A stretch of 64,000 nt of DNA from an uncultured SAR86 cluster bacterium (GTDB taxonomy: Bacteria > Pseudomonadota > Gammaproteobacteria > Magnimaribacterales > AG-339-G14). Of the stretch, positions 49,401-58,460 are shown piece by piece. The position numbers were made by a program, and so were the translations under genes. Location: positions 1,609 to 65,608 of the forward strand of contig CACBOY010000004.1 in the NCBI GenBank assembly GCA_902540995.1, written 5' to 3'. How positions within the stretch are numbered: the first letter of the stretch is position 1; each line of letters opens with the position of its first letter. The notes below the pieces were generated by a model that had not been told where the DNA came from, did no database searches, and saw only the letters and a program-made list of their open reading frames with translations.

Positions 49401-49575
49401 TATTTTCTAGATAACAAAGCAATAAATTAACTCTTTCTAAAGAATCATTTACCTTGTTTCCGGAAACAAAGTAGTCGGTTTCATCTGTAGTAAATGCACC
49501 AGACGTTGGTGGTGTTTGCGTAAAATTTAAGGTTGAAAAAAAACTTAAAATCAATATTTTCAAAAAAATCTTCAT
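46447..49575 (-). CDS. Large secreted protein P1 (1042 aa), unrecognised family, paralogue of P2 and P3
   Basis: Start taken at the ATG at 49575 (MKIFLKILILSFFSTLNFTQT signal peptide), not the track start at 49761. Gly-rich low-complexity inserts near the N-terminus. Ends ...VIATPPAN. Confidence 0.75.
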   Translation of the reverse strand: MKIFLKILILSFFSTLNFTQTPPTSGAFTTDETDYFVSGNKVNDSLERVNLLLCYLENTKPVTFLNKGSYVATIFEDDCNFGKARAGDKDKATKSRGGQAGGGNSGGSNKKTGKSGNTTFLTVTQTDGSSPMEGKVWIQLAKDDSAAGPAGAATGPGAQDGGGGDGLPFDATVYLKYQQTSNPTADNILGNFTMNYSLYADAAKLATQFGVTAPTDALDTTAMTKKEKIEAQNFSLGNGYVKSENNTILFKESIMGIEEISISYNDTGAQGIYTHELWDSTWSASPSNTGGDGGLVVYTQFIINDAGDWYCEKVLAAEAVNQSFFGTFFDFNNSDGKMGAAEGQAAQTVAVSLSDTGLSSDEICYSTKKSDAYKNVWRYGVYDSSGARVGESSGSFPMRATNPGSGDDYYGWADYWGIWVDTYGRASFDPTALSWKRDDGKDTGPCATGNCALSKTYLDITKFETTYKPLDSINKIKLSIDVGWDSQWASAWGNAAILNWGAAAATVNGKKVGGNGGTCNNSDFNDANNHVCFYSYEGYWDSAQSAFVITHGMKWSNNGDPRIELVAADGTTPAPKTITQSEYATVMVLNGQTLDMWTWSPDTFQSFQIPGAAVAAPTSTAAGVGLKSESINRISVSQLATDLDGNNLKCITNCLKPDLLNARYEAAADAKLTEATGDDGAFNDVAASIYDADATPWFNNSGTLDRIDGITSSYVVDYVLNSGKMYFESVSSANEMTISSTVQTKFAQIETATGEPIDWQLGSLQAALPEYHASTNPWATEYIGWSARTGKLVSAANLALLECDKDGGGDYFFYDDDHPRYDGNASLMNATRYCEDKLWQGAVSTYYEVMVMMNGNYQLSDGGTPVVIDQPKTLELDTTSFTTANSGIAAADIGKTYSLWFEGFGNLFNIPGGVFDTCTGEFLGEYFYGNWSENCHRWASKFTIPTGSVVTDNSASPAQNYFVKALSGDEFLKVLSTSEKNALPARDYSSLTKAIMGPATDLVDTGPNGTSENYIGTVPTTLLNSGEPSVLMGEVIATPPAN

Positions 49576-49577
49576 AG

Positions 49578-49748
49578 TTACCCCTCTGAATCTACTGGCT
49601 GAAAACTTCCAGGTACTTGATATCCTTGTGCGGCTCCACCACTTCCTGATGAACCAGAACTTGAACTGGAAGACGATGATCCACCTCCACCTCCACAAGC
49701 TGAAATAAAAATTAATATCGATAAAGTTAAAAAGAATTTCTTTGTCAT
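49578..49748 (-). CDS. Small Gly/Ser-rich lipoprotein L2 (56 aa), not in the ORF track
   Basis: My translation: MTKKFFLTLSILIFISACGGGGGSSSSSSSSGSSGSGGAAQGYQVPGSFQPVDSEG. Lipobox ISAC. GGGAGA SD. Stop is 2 nt before the P1 ATG. Confidence 0.6.
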   Translation of the reverse strand: MTKKFFLTLSILIFISACGGGGGSSSSSSSSGSSGSGGAAQGYQVPGSFQPVDSEG

Positions 49749-49822
49749 TTAAATCTCCCAATCGTTATATCCAAACTACTCTCATTTATCCTAAAAAACA
49801 ATAAAAATTAGAGATTGTTTTC

Positions 49823-49856
49823 AAAAAAAACCCCTACTTACAGCAGGGGTTTTTTT
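49823..49856 (-). terminator. Intrinsic terminator downstream of P2
   Basis: AAAAAAAACCCCT-ACTTACAGC-AGGGGTTTTTTT: GC stem flanked by A8 and T7, 15 nt after the P2 stop. Confidence 0.65.
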
Positions 49857-49870
49857 CGTAAACCTAAACT

Positions 49871-52855
49871 TTAGTTTGCAGGTGGTGAATGAACCGTTTT
49901 TCCGTGGATAACAGATGGATCATCACTTCCAGCAGAAGGTAAAGTAGTTGCTGGAACCGTTCCTATAGCATTATTTCCACTGAAAAGATTTTGAATGGTA
50001 TTTTCAGCTGGAAGATCACCAGCCAGTTTTGAATAGGATACTCCAGCAGGAATACTATCTAATTTTTTTAGGTACTCGTCACCTCTTAGAGCTCTTACCT
50101 TAAGATCTTCTCCAGAAGCATTTGTAAGAACAGATCCATCCGGAATGATAAATTCATGAATATAACGGTAACATTGGTTCCATCCACTATTTACATATCT
50201 TCCTAGTACTTGGCCAGTACAGGTATTGACAACTCTACCAGGTATATTATGGAGTTCACCATAACCTTCAAATTTTAGTTTATATTTTTTACCCGCCAAT
50301 GGCTGTGTATTTGCTGGTGCAAAATTATAAGTTACTCCACTTGCTGGAACAGTAAATATTACCGTTTCAGGAGCTGAAACGTTTACGTACTGACTGGTTG
50401 TAGCATTATAAAGTCTATAATCAGGCATTTGTTTAAAATTAATTTCATATTGAGTAGAAACTGCTCCTTCCCAAAGTTTATAGTCACAGTAATAAGCAGC
50501 AGTTCCACCGGTATGTATTACAGCATTGTTACTTTTAGCTTTTATCGAAGGCCTATAACCTCTAGCGTTTGTTCCATCGTGATCGCAAAGTAAAGCTGCC
50601 TTATTGGTATCAGAATTAATCACCGTGGTCATATGAAATGCCCATCCAAAAGCGTTTGAATAGTTATTGGGATATCCAGCAGGTTTATAGTAGAACTGAT
50701 AATTTGATAAGGCATCTCCATGTTGTCTAGCATCAACTTTAGGTTTATTGGTATTGTTGTATTCCAAATAAGTTGCACCAGCAGCTCCATCTCTTAATTT
50801 CTCGACCGATCCAACAGTAACAACAGTATAGATAGCAGCATCAGCTACTTTTATTCCACCTACAAGATTGTATTCTCCTGCAGCGATATCAGGCTCAGCA
50901 GGAAGGTTTTGAGAATTGTTTGCTGGAGACTCATCTTGATAAACTACCTGTTTCCACCATGGGCCAATGTTTTTAAAAGGAGATACATTTAACACTCCCG
51001 GATTTTCTGGAACGGCAGCAGCTGTAAAAGCAGCATCAATTGCAGTATTGATATTATTAGCGTCTAAACATTCTCTTATGCACATTAATCCAGTTGCATT
51101 GTCTCCTGATTCGGCAGCAATATCCGTTTTCAATTGTTCAATACTTATTTTTGTTTGTATACGAGTTCTTGCTTGAGTATTTAAAGCCGTTGAATCAACA
51201 TCACCAAAAGCACCGTGTGGTATCGTATAACTTTGATGAGAATCTGGATCCCAGAAATGCATTCTTCTACCATATCCACCGCTTATCATATCTGCATACC
51301 AATTTGCAGCAGTAAAAGATATTGGGTTATCTAAAGCAAAAGGAGTAGTTCCATTCCCCCAATCCATTCCATGTGTGATGGTGAAAGTTACTGCTGTACC
51401 AGCATCGTTCACGGTGATATTTCCAGAATACTCAGGACAATTAGCTTGAGCAGCATTACAAGACCCTGTAACTGGAATACCATCTCCTAGACTTGCGAGT
51501 TTAGCTTGATATGTTCCCCCATCTTTAAAATTACCTGCATACCATTGAAAAGAGACACCGCCTAATTGGTTTAAAGGCAAGCGTTCTCTCGTTTTTTTTA
51601 AGATTTCATAGTAATTCTTTCTTAAGTTATAGGAATTGTTATCGTTAGCATCTCTCTGATTTCTGAAAATTGTCGTATCTGTTACATTAGCCCTATCCGA
51701 TGGGTTGACGTGCGAACCCCAATAACTTGCGTGAGACCAGATTGAATTAGATAAGCCACCGTTATCAACCGTGTTTGCCTCTAAGGACATAGAAGGATTA
51801 GTTAAATCAGCTCTAGAACCATCGGAATTTTTATAAGTTCCATATTCGTAGATAACTCTTTTGGCTTCACTTCTGCTTGTATTCCAACAATGCTCGCCGG
51901 TAATTGTAGCCCCAGTACCACCATCAGTATTCACATAACCTCCGCCAGCCTCTGCGGCAGTAATAGCTGAGGCAAGATCTGTTCCGCTTATAGCAGTACC
52001 TTGTGACCAAATACCTGTTCCTCCTTGAGTGTATTCATTAGCACTCTCAAATTTCTGACAATATCTATCTGCACCTTCATTTACTTGAATTTGATGTCTG
52101 ACACCATAAACTGTTTGTCCTGCACCTGTTACTATTCTCAAGATTGTTTGCATGTATCCTTGAATATTATTTGGATCAGCCAAATCAGCTACAATAACTC
52201 TATCAGGACCTTGCATACCCGTTTCACGATATTGAATAGTTGTATTGTCCACATTTAAATAACCTTGATTTATAGGCAAATTAGCAAGAGGAAAACCAGC
52301 TGCATTATTGGCTTGTTTATTTCTTAAGTCATAACGCATGGTAAAACTACCAAATTTGTTTGTTGCACTTTTATCGGCAGTAATACTCATTGAAAGAAAA
52401 GCGGTAGTTGGTACTGGATCGCCATTAAATCCTTCAATTTCAATATCTACCCAACCTGTTCCAGAGACAGCACTACCTGAAGTAGTTCCTCTGTATATTC
52501 CTGGAGTATATTCAGTAGCGTCAACTTCATTGGCAGCTCCACCACCTCCTCCTGATGCAGCAGAAGAACCTGTTGCAGAAGCAGCTTCAGATGCAGCATC
52601 AGCACCAGAGGCTGTTTCACACTGTGCTTCATCTGTAAGAGCTTTGTAAACTCCTTTATCAATGAAGGTAGAAAAATTAGTGCTTTCTACAAAACATAGA
52701 AGAAAATTTACTTGTGACATGGCATCATTAGCCAAGATACCTGGTACATAATAATCCACTTCAGCAGCATCATCATCATATGCAGTTTGAGTGAAAACCG
52801 CGTTGACGCATAAAGTTGAAAATATAATCGCAAATAGTAATTTTTTTAAATACAT
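49871..52855 (-). CDS. Large secreted protein P2 (994 aa), unrecognised family, paralogue of P1 and P3
   Basis: Signal peptide MYLKKLLFAIIFSTLCVNAVFTQT. GGAGA SD. Many collinear conserved blocks with P1. Ends ...TVHSPPAN. Confidence 0.75.
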   Translation of the reverse strand: MYLKKLLFAIIFSTLCVNAVFTQTAYDDDAAEVDYYVPGILANDAMSQVNFLLCFVESTNFSTFIDKGVYKALTDEAQCETASGADAASEAASATGSSAASGGGGGAANEVDATEYTPGIYRGTTSGSAVSGTGWVDIEIEGFNGDPVPTTAFLSMSITADKSATNKFGSFTMRYDLRNKQANNAAGFPLANLPINQGYLNVDNTTIQYRETGMQGPDRVIVADLADPNNIQGYMQTILRIVTGAGQTVYGVRHQIQVNEGADRYCQKFESANEYTQGGTGIWSQGTAISGTDLASAITAAEAGGGYVNTDGGTGATITGEHCWNTSRSEAKRVIYEYGTYKNSDGSRADLTNPSMSLEANTVDNGGLSNSIWSHASYWGSHVNPSDRANVTDTTIFRNQRDANDNNSYNLRKNYYEILKKTRERLPLNQLGGVSFQWYAGNFKDGGTYQAKLASLGDGIPVTGSCNAAQANCPEYSGNITVNDAGTAVTFTITHGMDWGNGTTPFALDNPISFTAANWYADMISGGYGRRMHFWDPDSHQSYTIPHGAFGDVDSTALNTQARTRIQTKISIEQLKTDIAAESGDNATGLMCIRECLDANNINTAIDAAFTAAAVPENPGVLNVSPFKNIGPWWKQVVYQDESPANNSQNLPAEPDIAAGEYNLVGGIKVADAAIYTVVTVGSVEKLRDGAAGATYLEYNNTNKPKVDARQHGDALSNYQFYYKPAGYPNNYSNAFGWAFHMTTVINSDTNKAALLCDHDGTNARGYRPSIKAKSNNAVIHTGGTAAYYCDYKLWEGAVSTQYEINFKQMPDYRLYNATTSQYVNVSAPETVIFTVPASGVTYNFAPANTQPLAGKKYKLKFEGYGELHNIPGRVVNTCTGQVLGRYVNSGWNQCYRYIHEFIIPDGSVLTNASGEDLKVRALRGDEYLKKLDSIPAGVSYSKLAGDLPAENTIQNLFSGNNAIGTVPATTLPSAGSDDPSVIHGKTVHSPPAN

Positions 52856-52872
52856 TTTTTTCTCCGATAAAA

Positions 52873-53034
52873 TTAATCTGTTGCTTGAACTGGATCTACT
52901 TGCCCAGCAAAATTCCCAGTTGGGGCTGCTCCACTAGAGCTACTACCACTACTACTACTTGCTACAGAGGAACCTCCTCCTCCGCCACAAGAAATAAGAA
53001 ATACAACAAAAATAATGCTTATAAAATTTTTCAT
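52873..53034 (-). CDS. Small Gly/Ser-rich lipoprotein L3 (53 aa), not in the ORF track
   Basis: My translation: MKNFISIIFVVFLISCGGGGGSSVASSSSGSSSSGAAPTGNFAGQVDPVQATD. Lipobox LISC. AGGAGA SD. Stop is 17 nt before the P2 ATG. Confidence 0.6.
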   Translation of the reverse strand: MKNFISIIFVVFLISCGGGGGSSVASSSSGSSSSGAAPTGNFAGQVDPVQATD

Positions 53035-53223
53035 TTAACTCTCCTAAATACTTATTAATAATATACCTAATTATTATGAATAAAGTTACTTTTAATAAAA
53101 AAAGTCTATGAAATATGCAGCTATCGCTAGTAATACATTGACAAGAACTATAACTAGCAATAGCCCCTTTAAATTAAACTTTTTATCTTCTTTGCTCATA
53201 GGGCATAATTATGAACAAAATTT

Positions 53224-53442
53224 ATGGCAAAAGAAGATTTAATTGAAATGTCAGGCGAGGTAATTGATACCATGCCAAATACCACTTTTAAAGTTAAACT
53301 CGAAAACGACCACGTAATAACAGCGCATATTTCTGGCAAGATGCGCAAGAACTACATACGTATTCTAACTGGAGACAAGGTTAAAGTAGAAATGACGCCT
53401 TATGATCTCTCTAAAGGCAGAATTACCTTTAGAGAAAAATAA
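53224..53442 (+). CDS. infA: Translation initiation factor IF-1
   Basis: 72 aa. [53 protein letters not shown] is near-canonical IF-1. Confidence 0.95.
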   Translation: MAKEDLIEMSGEVIDTMPNTTFKVKLENDHVITAHISGKMRKNYIRILTGDKVKVEMTPYDLSKGRITFREK

Positions 53443-53446
53443 TTTT

Positions 53447-55696
53447 CTAACTTGTAAGTTCTTTTTCTTCGTGAGGAAGAAATTTAATATCTAATTTTTC
53501 TTTTTTAACTGATACCTTTGCAACTCCGCCTTCTTTAGCTAGGTCGCCAAACAAAATAGATTCTGCAAGTTTTTGCTTGATTTCATCTTGAATGAGTCTT
53601 TGCATAGGACGTGCTCCCATTTTTTCATCGTAACCATTTTCTGCTAGCCAACTTCTTGCTTTGCTATCTACTTCAAGGACAACTCTTTTTTCATCCAATT
53701 GTGCTTGTAGCTCAGTGAGGAATTTATCAACTACAGTATGTATAACTTCTGTTTTTAAAGCACCAAATTGAACAATTGAAGTGAGACGATTTCTAAATTC
53801 AGGACTGAATGCCTTTTTGATTGCCTCAGAGCCATCGGTTGTATTGTCTTGTTTTTGAAAGCCCATGGATTCTCTAGACATTTCCATAGCTCCAGAATTG
53901 GTAGTCATAATCAAAACACAGTTTCTAAAACTTGCTTGTCTTCCATTATTGTCAGTGAGCATGCCATGATCCATGACTTGAAGAAGAACATTAAATACTT
54001 CTGGATGAGCTTTTTCTATTTCATCCAATAAAATCACTGAATGAGGATTTTTTGTTACCGCCTCTGTCAATAACCCTCCTTGATCATAGCCTACATATCC
54101 TGGAGGAGCACCAATCAGTCTTGATACAGTATGTCTTTCCATATATTCAGACATATCAAATCTGATAAGTTCCACACCAAGAATTTTTGCTAATTGACGA
54201 GAGACTTCAGTTTTACCCACCCCAGTTGGACCAGAGAATAAAAATGAACCGATAGGTTTTTCTTCTTCTCCTAAGCCAGCCCTGGACATCATGATGGAAT
54301 TTGATAATTTTTGAATTGCTTCATCTTGGCCAAAAATAACTCTTTTAAGATCTTCTTCTAATTTACCTAAAGATACTCGATCTTTGGTGGAGACGCTTTT
54401 TTCAGGAATTTGAGCCATCAATGATATAACTCTTTCCACATCTTGTTCATTCACCGTTTTTCTTTTGATATTTAAATTAAGTCTCAGTCTTGCTCCTGCT
54501 TCATCAATCACATCAATAGCTTTATCAGGTAAAAACTTATCATTGATGTGCTTTGCAGAAAGTTCAGCAGCAGCCTTTAAAGAAGCTTTGGAATATTTAA
54601 GTTCATGATGCTGTTCGTATTTCTTTTTTAGGCCTTCAAGTATTTTTATAGTTTCTTGAACAGAAGGCTCAACTAAATCAACTTTTTGGAATCTTCTGGA
54701 TAATGCTCTGTCTTGTTCAAAAATTGTTCTATATTCTTTAAAAGTTGTTGAACCAATGAATTTAATGCCTTCCTTTCCGAGTACTGGTTTCAAAAGATTT
54801 GAAGCATCCATTACTCCCCCGGAAGTAGCTCCTGCTCCAATAATTGTATGAATTTCATCAATGAATAAAATCGCATTAGGAATATTCGCAAGTTCTTTTA
54901 AGATTCCTTTTAGTCTCTTTTCAAAATCTCCTCGATATTTTGTACCTGCTAACAAGGAGCCCATATCCAATGAATAGATAACACTCTCTTGCAATGAAGG
55001 AGCAGCAGATTTCTCAACTATATTTTTTGCCAAACCTTCTATAAGAGCAGTTTTACCAACTCCCGATTCACCAACTAAAATAGGATTATTTTTAGATCTT
55101 CTGGCTAAGATTTGGGAGATTCTTTCAATTTCTTTATCTCTGCCTACTAGTGGATCAATTCTGTTTTCTTCTGCTTCTTTATTTAGGTTCAAAGCATATT
55201 TACCTAAATATCCCGATTCTTTCGAAGAAGAAGATTCTTGATTAAATTCATCAAAAGATTCATCTTCTGTAACACCTTCCCCATGACTCATGTAAGAAAC
55301 CGCATCAAGTCTAGTCATTCCTTGTTTCTTTAGTAAATAAACACTATGGCTTTCTTTTTCACTAAAAAGCGCAACCAAAACATTAGCCCCAGATACCTCT
55401 CCAGTACCAGAAGACTGCACATGAAAAACTGCTCTTTGTATAACTCTTTGAAAAGATAAGGTCGGTTGAATTTCTACTGCTTCATCTTTCTTTTCAGGAC
55501 AATTTTTTGATATAAATTCTTTTAATTCTGCTTCTAAAATATCGATATTTACATCACAAGCAAGAAGGACATTAAGAGCATCTTGATTATTTAAAATACA
55601 AAGCAACAAGTGTTCTGTGGTTACAAACTCATGATTGTTTTCATGAGCAAATTTAAAAGCATTATTTAGACATTCTTCAAGATTCTTTTCTAACAT
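53447..55696 (-). CDS. clpA: ATP-dependent Clp protease ATP-binding subunit ClpA
   Basis: 749 aa. Clp N-domain, two AAA+ modules (GESGVGKT, GPTGVGKTE Walker A motifs). Follows clpS. Confidence 0.95.
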   Translation of the reverse strand: MLEKNLEECLNNAFKFAHENNHEFVTTEHLLLCILNNQDALNVLLACDVNIDILEAELKEFISKNCPEKKDEAVEIQPTLSFQRVIQRAVFHVQSSGTGEVSGANVLVALFSEKESHSVYLLKKQGMTRLDAVSYMSHGEGVTEDESFDEFNQESSSSKESGYLGKYALNLNKEAEENRIDPLVGRDKEIERISQILARRSKNNPILVGESGVGKTALIEGLAKNIVEKSAAPSLQESVIYSLDMGSLLAGTKYRGDFEKRLKGILKELANIPNAILFIDEIHTIIGAGATSGGVMDASNLLKPVLGKEGIKFIGSTTFKEYRTIFEQDRALSRRFQKVDLVEPSVQETIKILEGLKKKYEQHHELKYSKASLKAAAELSAKHINDKFLPDKAIDVIDEAGARLRLNLNIKRKTVNEQDVERVISLMAQIPEKSVSTKDRVSLGKLEEDLKRVIFGQDEAIQKLSNSIMMSRAGLGEEEKPIGSFLFSGPTGVGKTEVSRQLAKILGVELIRFDMSEYMERHTVSRLIGAPPGYVGYDQGGLLTEAVTKNPHSVILLDEIEKAHPEVFNVLLQVMDHGMLTDNNGRQASFRNCVLIMTTNSGAMEMSRESMGFQKQDNTTDGSEAIKKAFSPEFRNRLTSIVQFGALKTEVIHTVVDKFLTELQAQLDEKRVVLEVDSKARSWLAENGYDEKMGARPMQRLIQDEIKQKLAESILFGDLAKEGGVAKVSVKKEKLDIKFLPHEEKELTS

Positions 55697-56046
55697 CAGT
55701 CTTCCTCATCTATTGGCTCAATATCACTTACTAAAGGATGTTCATTTTGTTTAGCAAAGTTATTAATTTGGTTTGATTTTGTTTCAGCTACTTCTTTTGT
55801 ATAAATACCGCAAACGCCCTTCCCTTTTGTGTGCACTGCGAGCATTATTTGCGTAGCTTTCTCTTTATCGTAACTAAAAAAGGTTTGTAAAACATATATT
55901 ACAAACTCCATTGGAGTGTAATCATCATTCAGTAGAATGACTCTGTACAAGGAAGGTTTCTTTAATTTTGGTTCTTCTAGCTCTACTAAAGAAGAAGAGT
56001 TAGATTCATAGTCTTCGGAATTATTATTAAGCTTGATATTTATCAT
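55696..56046 (-). CDS. clpS: ClpS adaptor protein
   Basis: 116 aa. [25 protein letters not shown] is the ClpS core motif. 1-nt overlap with clpA. Confidence 0.9.
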   Translation of the reverse strand: MINIKLNNNSEDYESNSSSLVELEEPKLKKPSLYRVILLNDDYTPMEFVIYVLQTFFSYDKEKATQIMLAVHTKGKGVCGIYTKEVAETKSNQINNFAKQNEHPLVSDIEPIDEED

Positions 56047-56062
56047 TCATTAAAAAGATTCA

Positions 56063-57322
56063 TTATGACATTCCATTACAGATTTGTTCCGCAAACTCAG
56101 AACATTTTAGTAATTTTGCTCCTGTCATCAATCTTTCTAAATCATAAGTTACTAACTTATTCTTAATTGCCCAACTTATACCTTTAATAATATTTTCAGA
56201 AGCTTCGTGCCAACCGATATGATTAAGCATCATTTCTGCAGATAAAATCAAAGAAGCTGGATTAACCTTATCTAATCCAGCATACTTTGGCGCCGTACCA
56301 TGTGTTGCTTCAAATAACGCAACTTTGTCACCTAAATTTGCCCCAGGCGCAAGGCCTAAGCCTCCTACTTTTGCTGCTAATGCATCAGAAATAAAGTCCC
56401 CATTTAGATTCATGGTTGCAATTACGTCATAGTCTCCTGGACGAATTAATATTTGTTGAAGGAAATTATCTGTGATGATGTCTTTTAAGATGATTAATCT
56501 TTTCGTAACTGGGTTTCTGAAGCTCATCCATTCGCCACCGTCAAGGGATGTTGCACCAAATTCTTTTGCTGCTAAAGAGTAGCTCCATTCCTTGAAGGAG
56601 CCCTCGGTGTATTTCATGATATTTCCTTTATGTACAATAGTTACCGATGAACGATCATTATCTATTGCATATTGAATTGCTTTTCTGACATGTCTTTCAG
56701 TACCTTCTTTGGATATTGGTTTGATGCCAATCCCACAAGCGTCTTCAAATCTGATATTTTTTACATCCATTTCTTTGGTTAAGAAATCAATTAATTTGGT
56801 AGCTTCATCAGAATTTGCTTCAAACTCTATGCCGGCATAGATGTCTTCTGAGTTTTCACGAAAGACTATCATATCTGTGGTTTCTGGAATTACGACAGGA
56901 CTTGGTACACCTTCAAAATACCTTATTGGTCTCTGGCATACATATAAATCTAATACTTGTCTCAATCGGACGTTTAAAGATCGGATCCCTCCTCCTATAG
57001 GAGTCGTTAAGGGTCCCTTAATTCCTACGATATATTTTTCTAGGGCATCAATCGTTTCATCTGGGAGCCATTCGTTTTCACCATATACACTTAAGGATTT
57101 TTCTCCACAAAATACTTCCATCCATGCAATTTTTCTTTCTCCGTTATAGGAAATATTTACTGCATGATCGACCACTTTAATCATGGCAGCAGTTACATCT
57201 GTACCAATGCCATCGCCCTCAATAAATGGGATTATTGGATTTGAAGGAACATTTAATTCACCGGAATCGGTTATTGTAATTTGTTCCCCATCTTCTGGAA
57301 TTTCTATGTGTTTATATGCCAT
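56063..57322 (-). CDS. icd: NADP-dependent isocitrate dehydrogenase
   Basis: 419 aa. [47 protein letters not shown]. Confidence 0.95.
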   Translation of the reverse strand: MAYKHIEIPEDGEQITITDSGELNVPSNPIIPFIEGDGIGTDVTAAMIKVVDHAVNISYNGERKIAWMEVFCGEKSLSVYGENEWLPDETIDALEKYIVGIKGPLTTPIGGGIRSLNVRLRQVLDLYVCQRPIRYFEGVPSPVVIPETTDMIVFRENSEDIYAGIEFEANSDEATKLIDFLTKEMDVKNIRFEDACGIGIKPISKEGTERHVRKAIQYAIDNDRSSVTIVHKGNIMKYTEGSFKEWSYSLAAKEFGATSLDGGEWMSFRNPVTKRLIILKDIITDNFLQQILIRPGDYDVIATMNLNGDFISDALAAKVGGLGLAPGANLGDKVALFEATHGTAPKYAGLDKVNPASLILSAEMMLNHIGWHEASENIIKGISWAIKNKLVTYDLERLMTGAKLLKCSEFAEQICNGMS

Positions 57323-57384
57323 AAGAGTTATAAAAGTCCTTTGAAGCGCGGTATCATAGCATTTTTTACTTATCTATAAAAATT

Positions 57385-58443
57385 GTGAAAGTTCTAATAG
57401 GTTTATCAGGGGGTGTTGACTCTTCAGTGGCTGCATTCCTTTTAAAGCAAGAGGGTTTCGACGTTACAGCGGGATTCATGAGAAATTGGGAAGATGATGA
57501 TGGAAGCCCTTATTGTAGTGTAAAAGAAGACTTCTTAGACGCTGCACAAGTTGCTGACAAATTAGGCATAAATTTAGTGCAAATGAATTTTGCCAAAGCA
57601 TATAAAGACAAAGTATTCAGTTATTTCTTAGAAGAATTAAATAATGGAAAGACACCCAATCCAGATATTTATTGTAATAAATTTATTAAATTCAAAGAGT
57701 TTACAAATTATGCAATAGAGAATGACTTTGATGCCGTTGCAACAGGACATTACTCTAAAGTTCAAGTGATCGATAAAAAATATTTCTTATGTAAATCTTA
57801 TGATCAAAGTAAAGATCAAACTTATTTCCTGAGTCAGGTTGAAAAAGATGTTCTTAAAAATATTAAATTTCCCCTAGGAAACCTTTTAAAAACTGATGTG
57901 AGAAAAATTGCAGAAGCAGAAAATTTGATTACTTATGATAAAAAAGATAGCACTGGGATTTGTTTCATTGGAGAAAGGCCTTTTCCGGAATTCTTAAGAA
58001 ATTATCTTCCTGAAGATTATGGAGAAATTGTCGATGAAAATGATGAGGTTGTTGGGGAACATAAAGGTTTGTATTTTTATACCATTGGTCAAAGACAAGG
58101 TCTTGGGATTGGAGGAATGAAGAATAGACCAGAAAAAGCTTGGTACGTTGCTCAAAAGGATTTTTCAAACAACAAATTAATAGTCGTTCAAGAAAATGAT
58201 CATCCTTTGCTTTTCAAACAAAAACTTTCGGTATCAAATATAAATTGGTTAAAACAACCGTCTTCAAATAAAGTTTCGGCAAAAATTAGGTATCGTCAAA
58301 AAGATCAAGACTGTGAAATCGATATTCATGGAAACAAAGCTAAAGTCATTTTTAAAGAACCGCAAAGAGCAGTTACCCCTGGCCAATTTATTGTATTTTA
58401 TGAAGATGAAATTTGTTTAGGTGGAGGCGAGATAGATATATAA
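57385..58443 (+). CDS. mnmA: tRNA 2-thiouridine(34) synthase MnmA
   Basis: 352 aa, GTG start. PP-loop GLSGGVDSSVAA, TPNPDIYCN, KDQTYFL, DSTGICFIG. Confidence 0.9.
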   Translation: MKVLIGLSGGVDSSVAAFLLKQEGFDVTAGFMRNWEDDDGSPYCSVKEDFLDAAQVADKLGINLVQMNFAKAYKDKVFSYFLEELNNGKTPNPDIYCNKFIKFKEFTNYAIENDFDAVATGHYSKVQVIDKKYFLCKSYDQSKDQTYFLSQVEKDVLKNIKFPLGNLLKTDVRKIAEAENLITYDKKDSTGICFIGERPFPEFLRNYLPEDYGEIVDENDEVVGEHKGLYFYTIGQRQGLGIGGMKNRPEKAWYVAQKDFSNNKLIVVQENDHPLLFKQKLSVSNINWLKQPSSNKVSAKIRYRQKDQDCEIDIHGNKAKVIFKEPQRAVTPGQFIVFYEDEICLGGGEIDI

Positions 58444-58460
58444 TCCTCTTTTGAAAATTA

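Noticed and set aside
49576-49761. The ORF track extends the large protein P1 by 62 N-terminal residues (MGDLNDKEILFNFIDINFYFSLWRWRWIIVFQFKFWFIRKWW...).
   Set aside because: The extension is Trp/Arg/Phe-rich nonsense with no SD. It overlaps, in another frame, a much more convincing lipoprotein ORF (49578-49748). The internal Met at 49575 starts a typical signal peptide that parallels the P2 start.
53092-53199. Possible 35-aa single-TM ORF (MSKEDKKFNLKGLLLVIVLVNVLLAIAAYFIDFFY) on the minus strand upstream of L3.
   Set aside because: No SD and no recognisable family, and short hydrophobic ORFs arise easily in AT-rich DNA. Kept only as a note; conservation in relatives would be needed.
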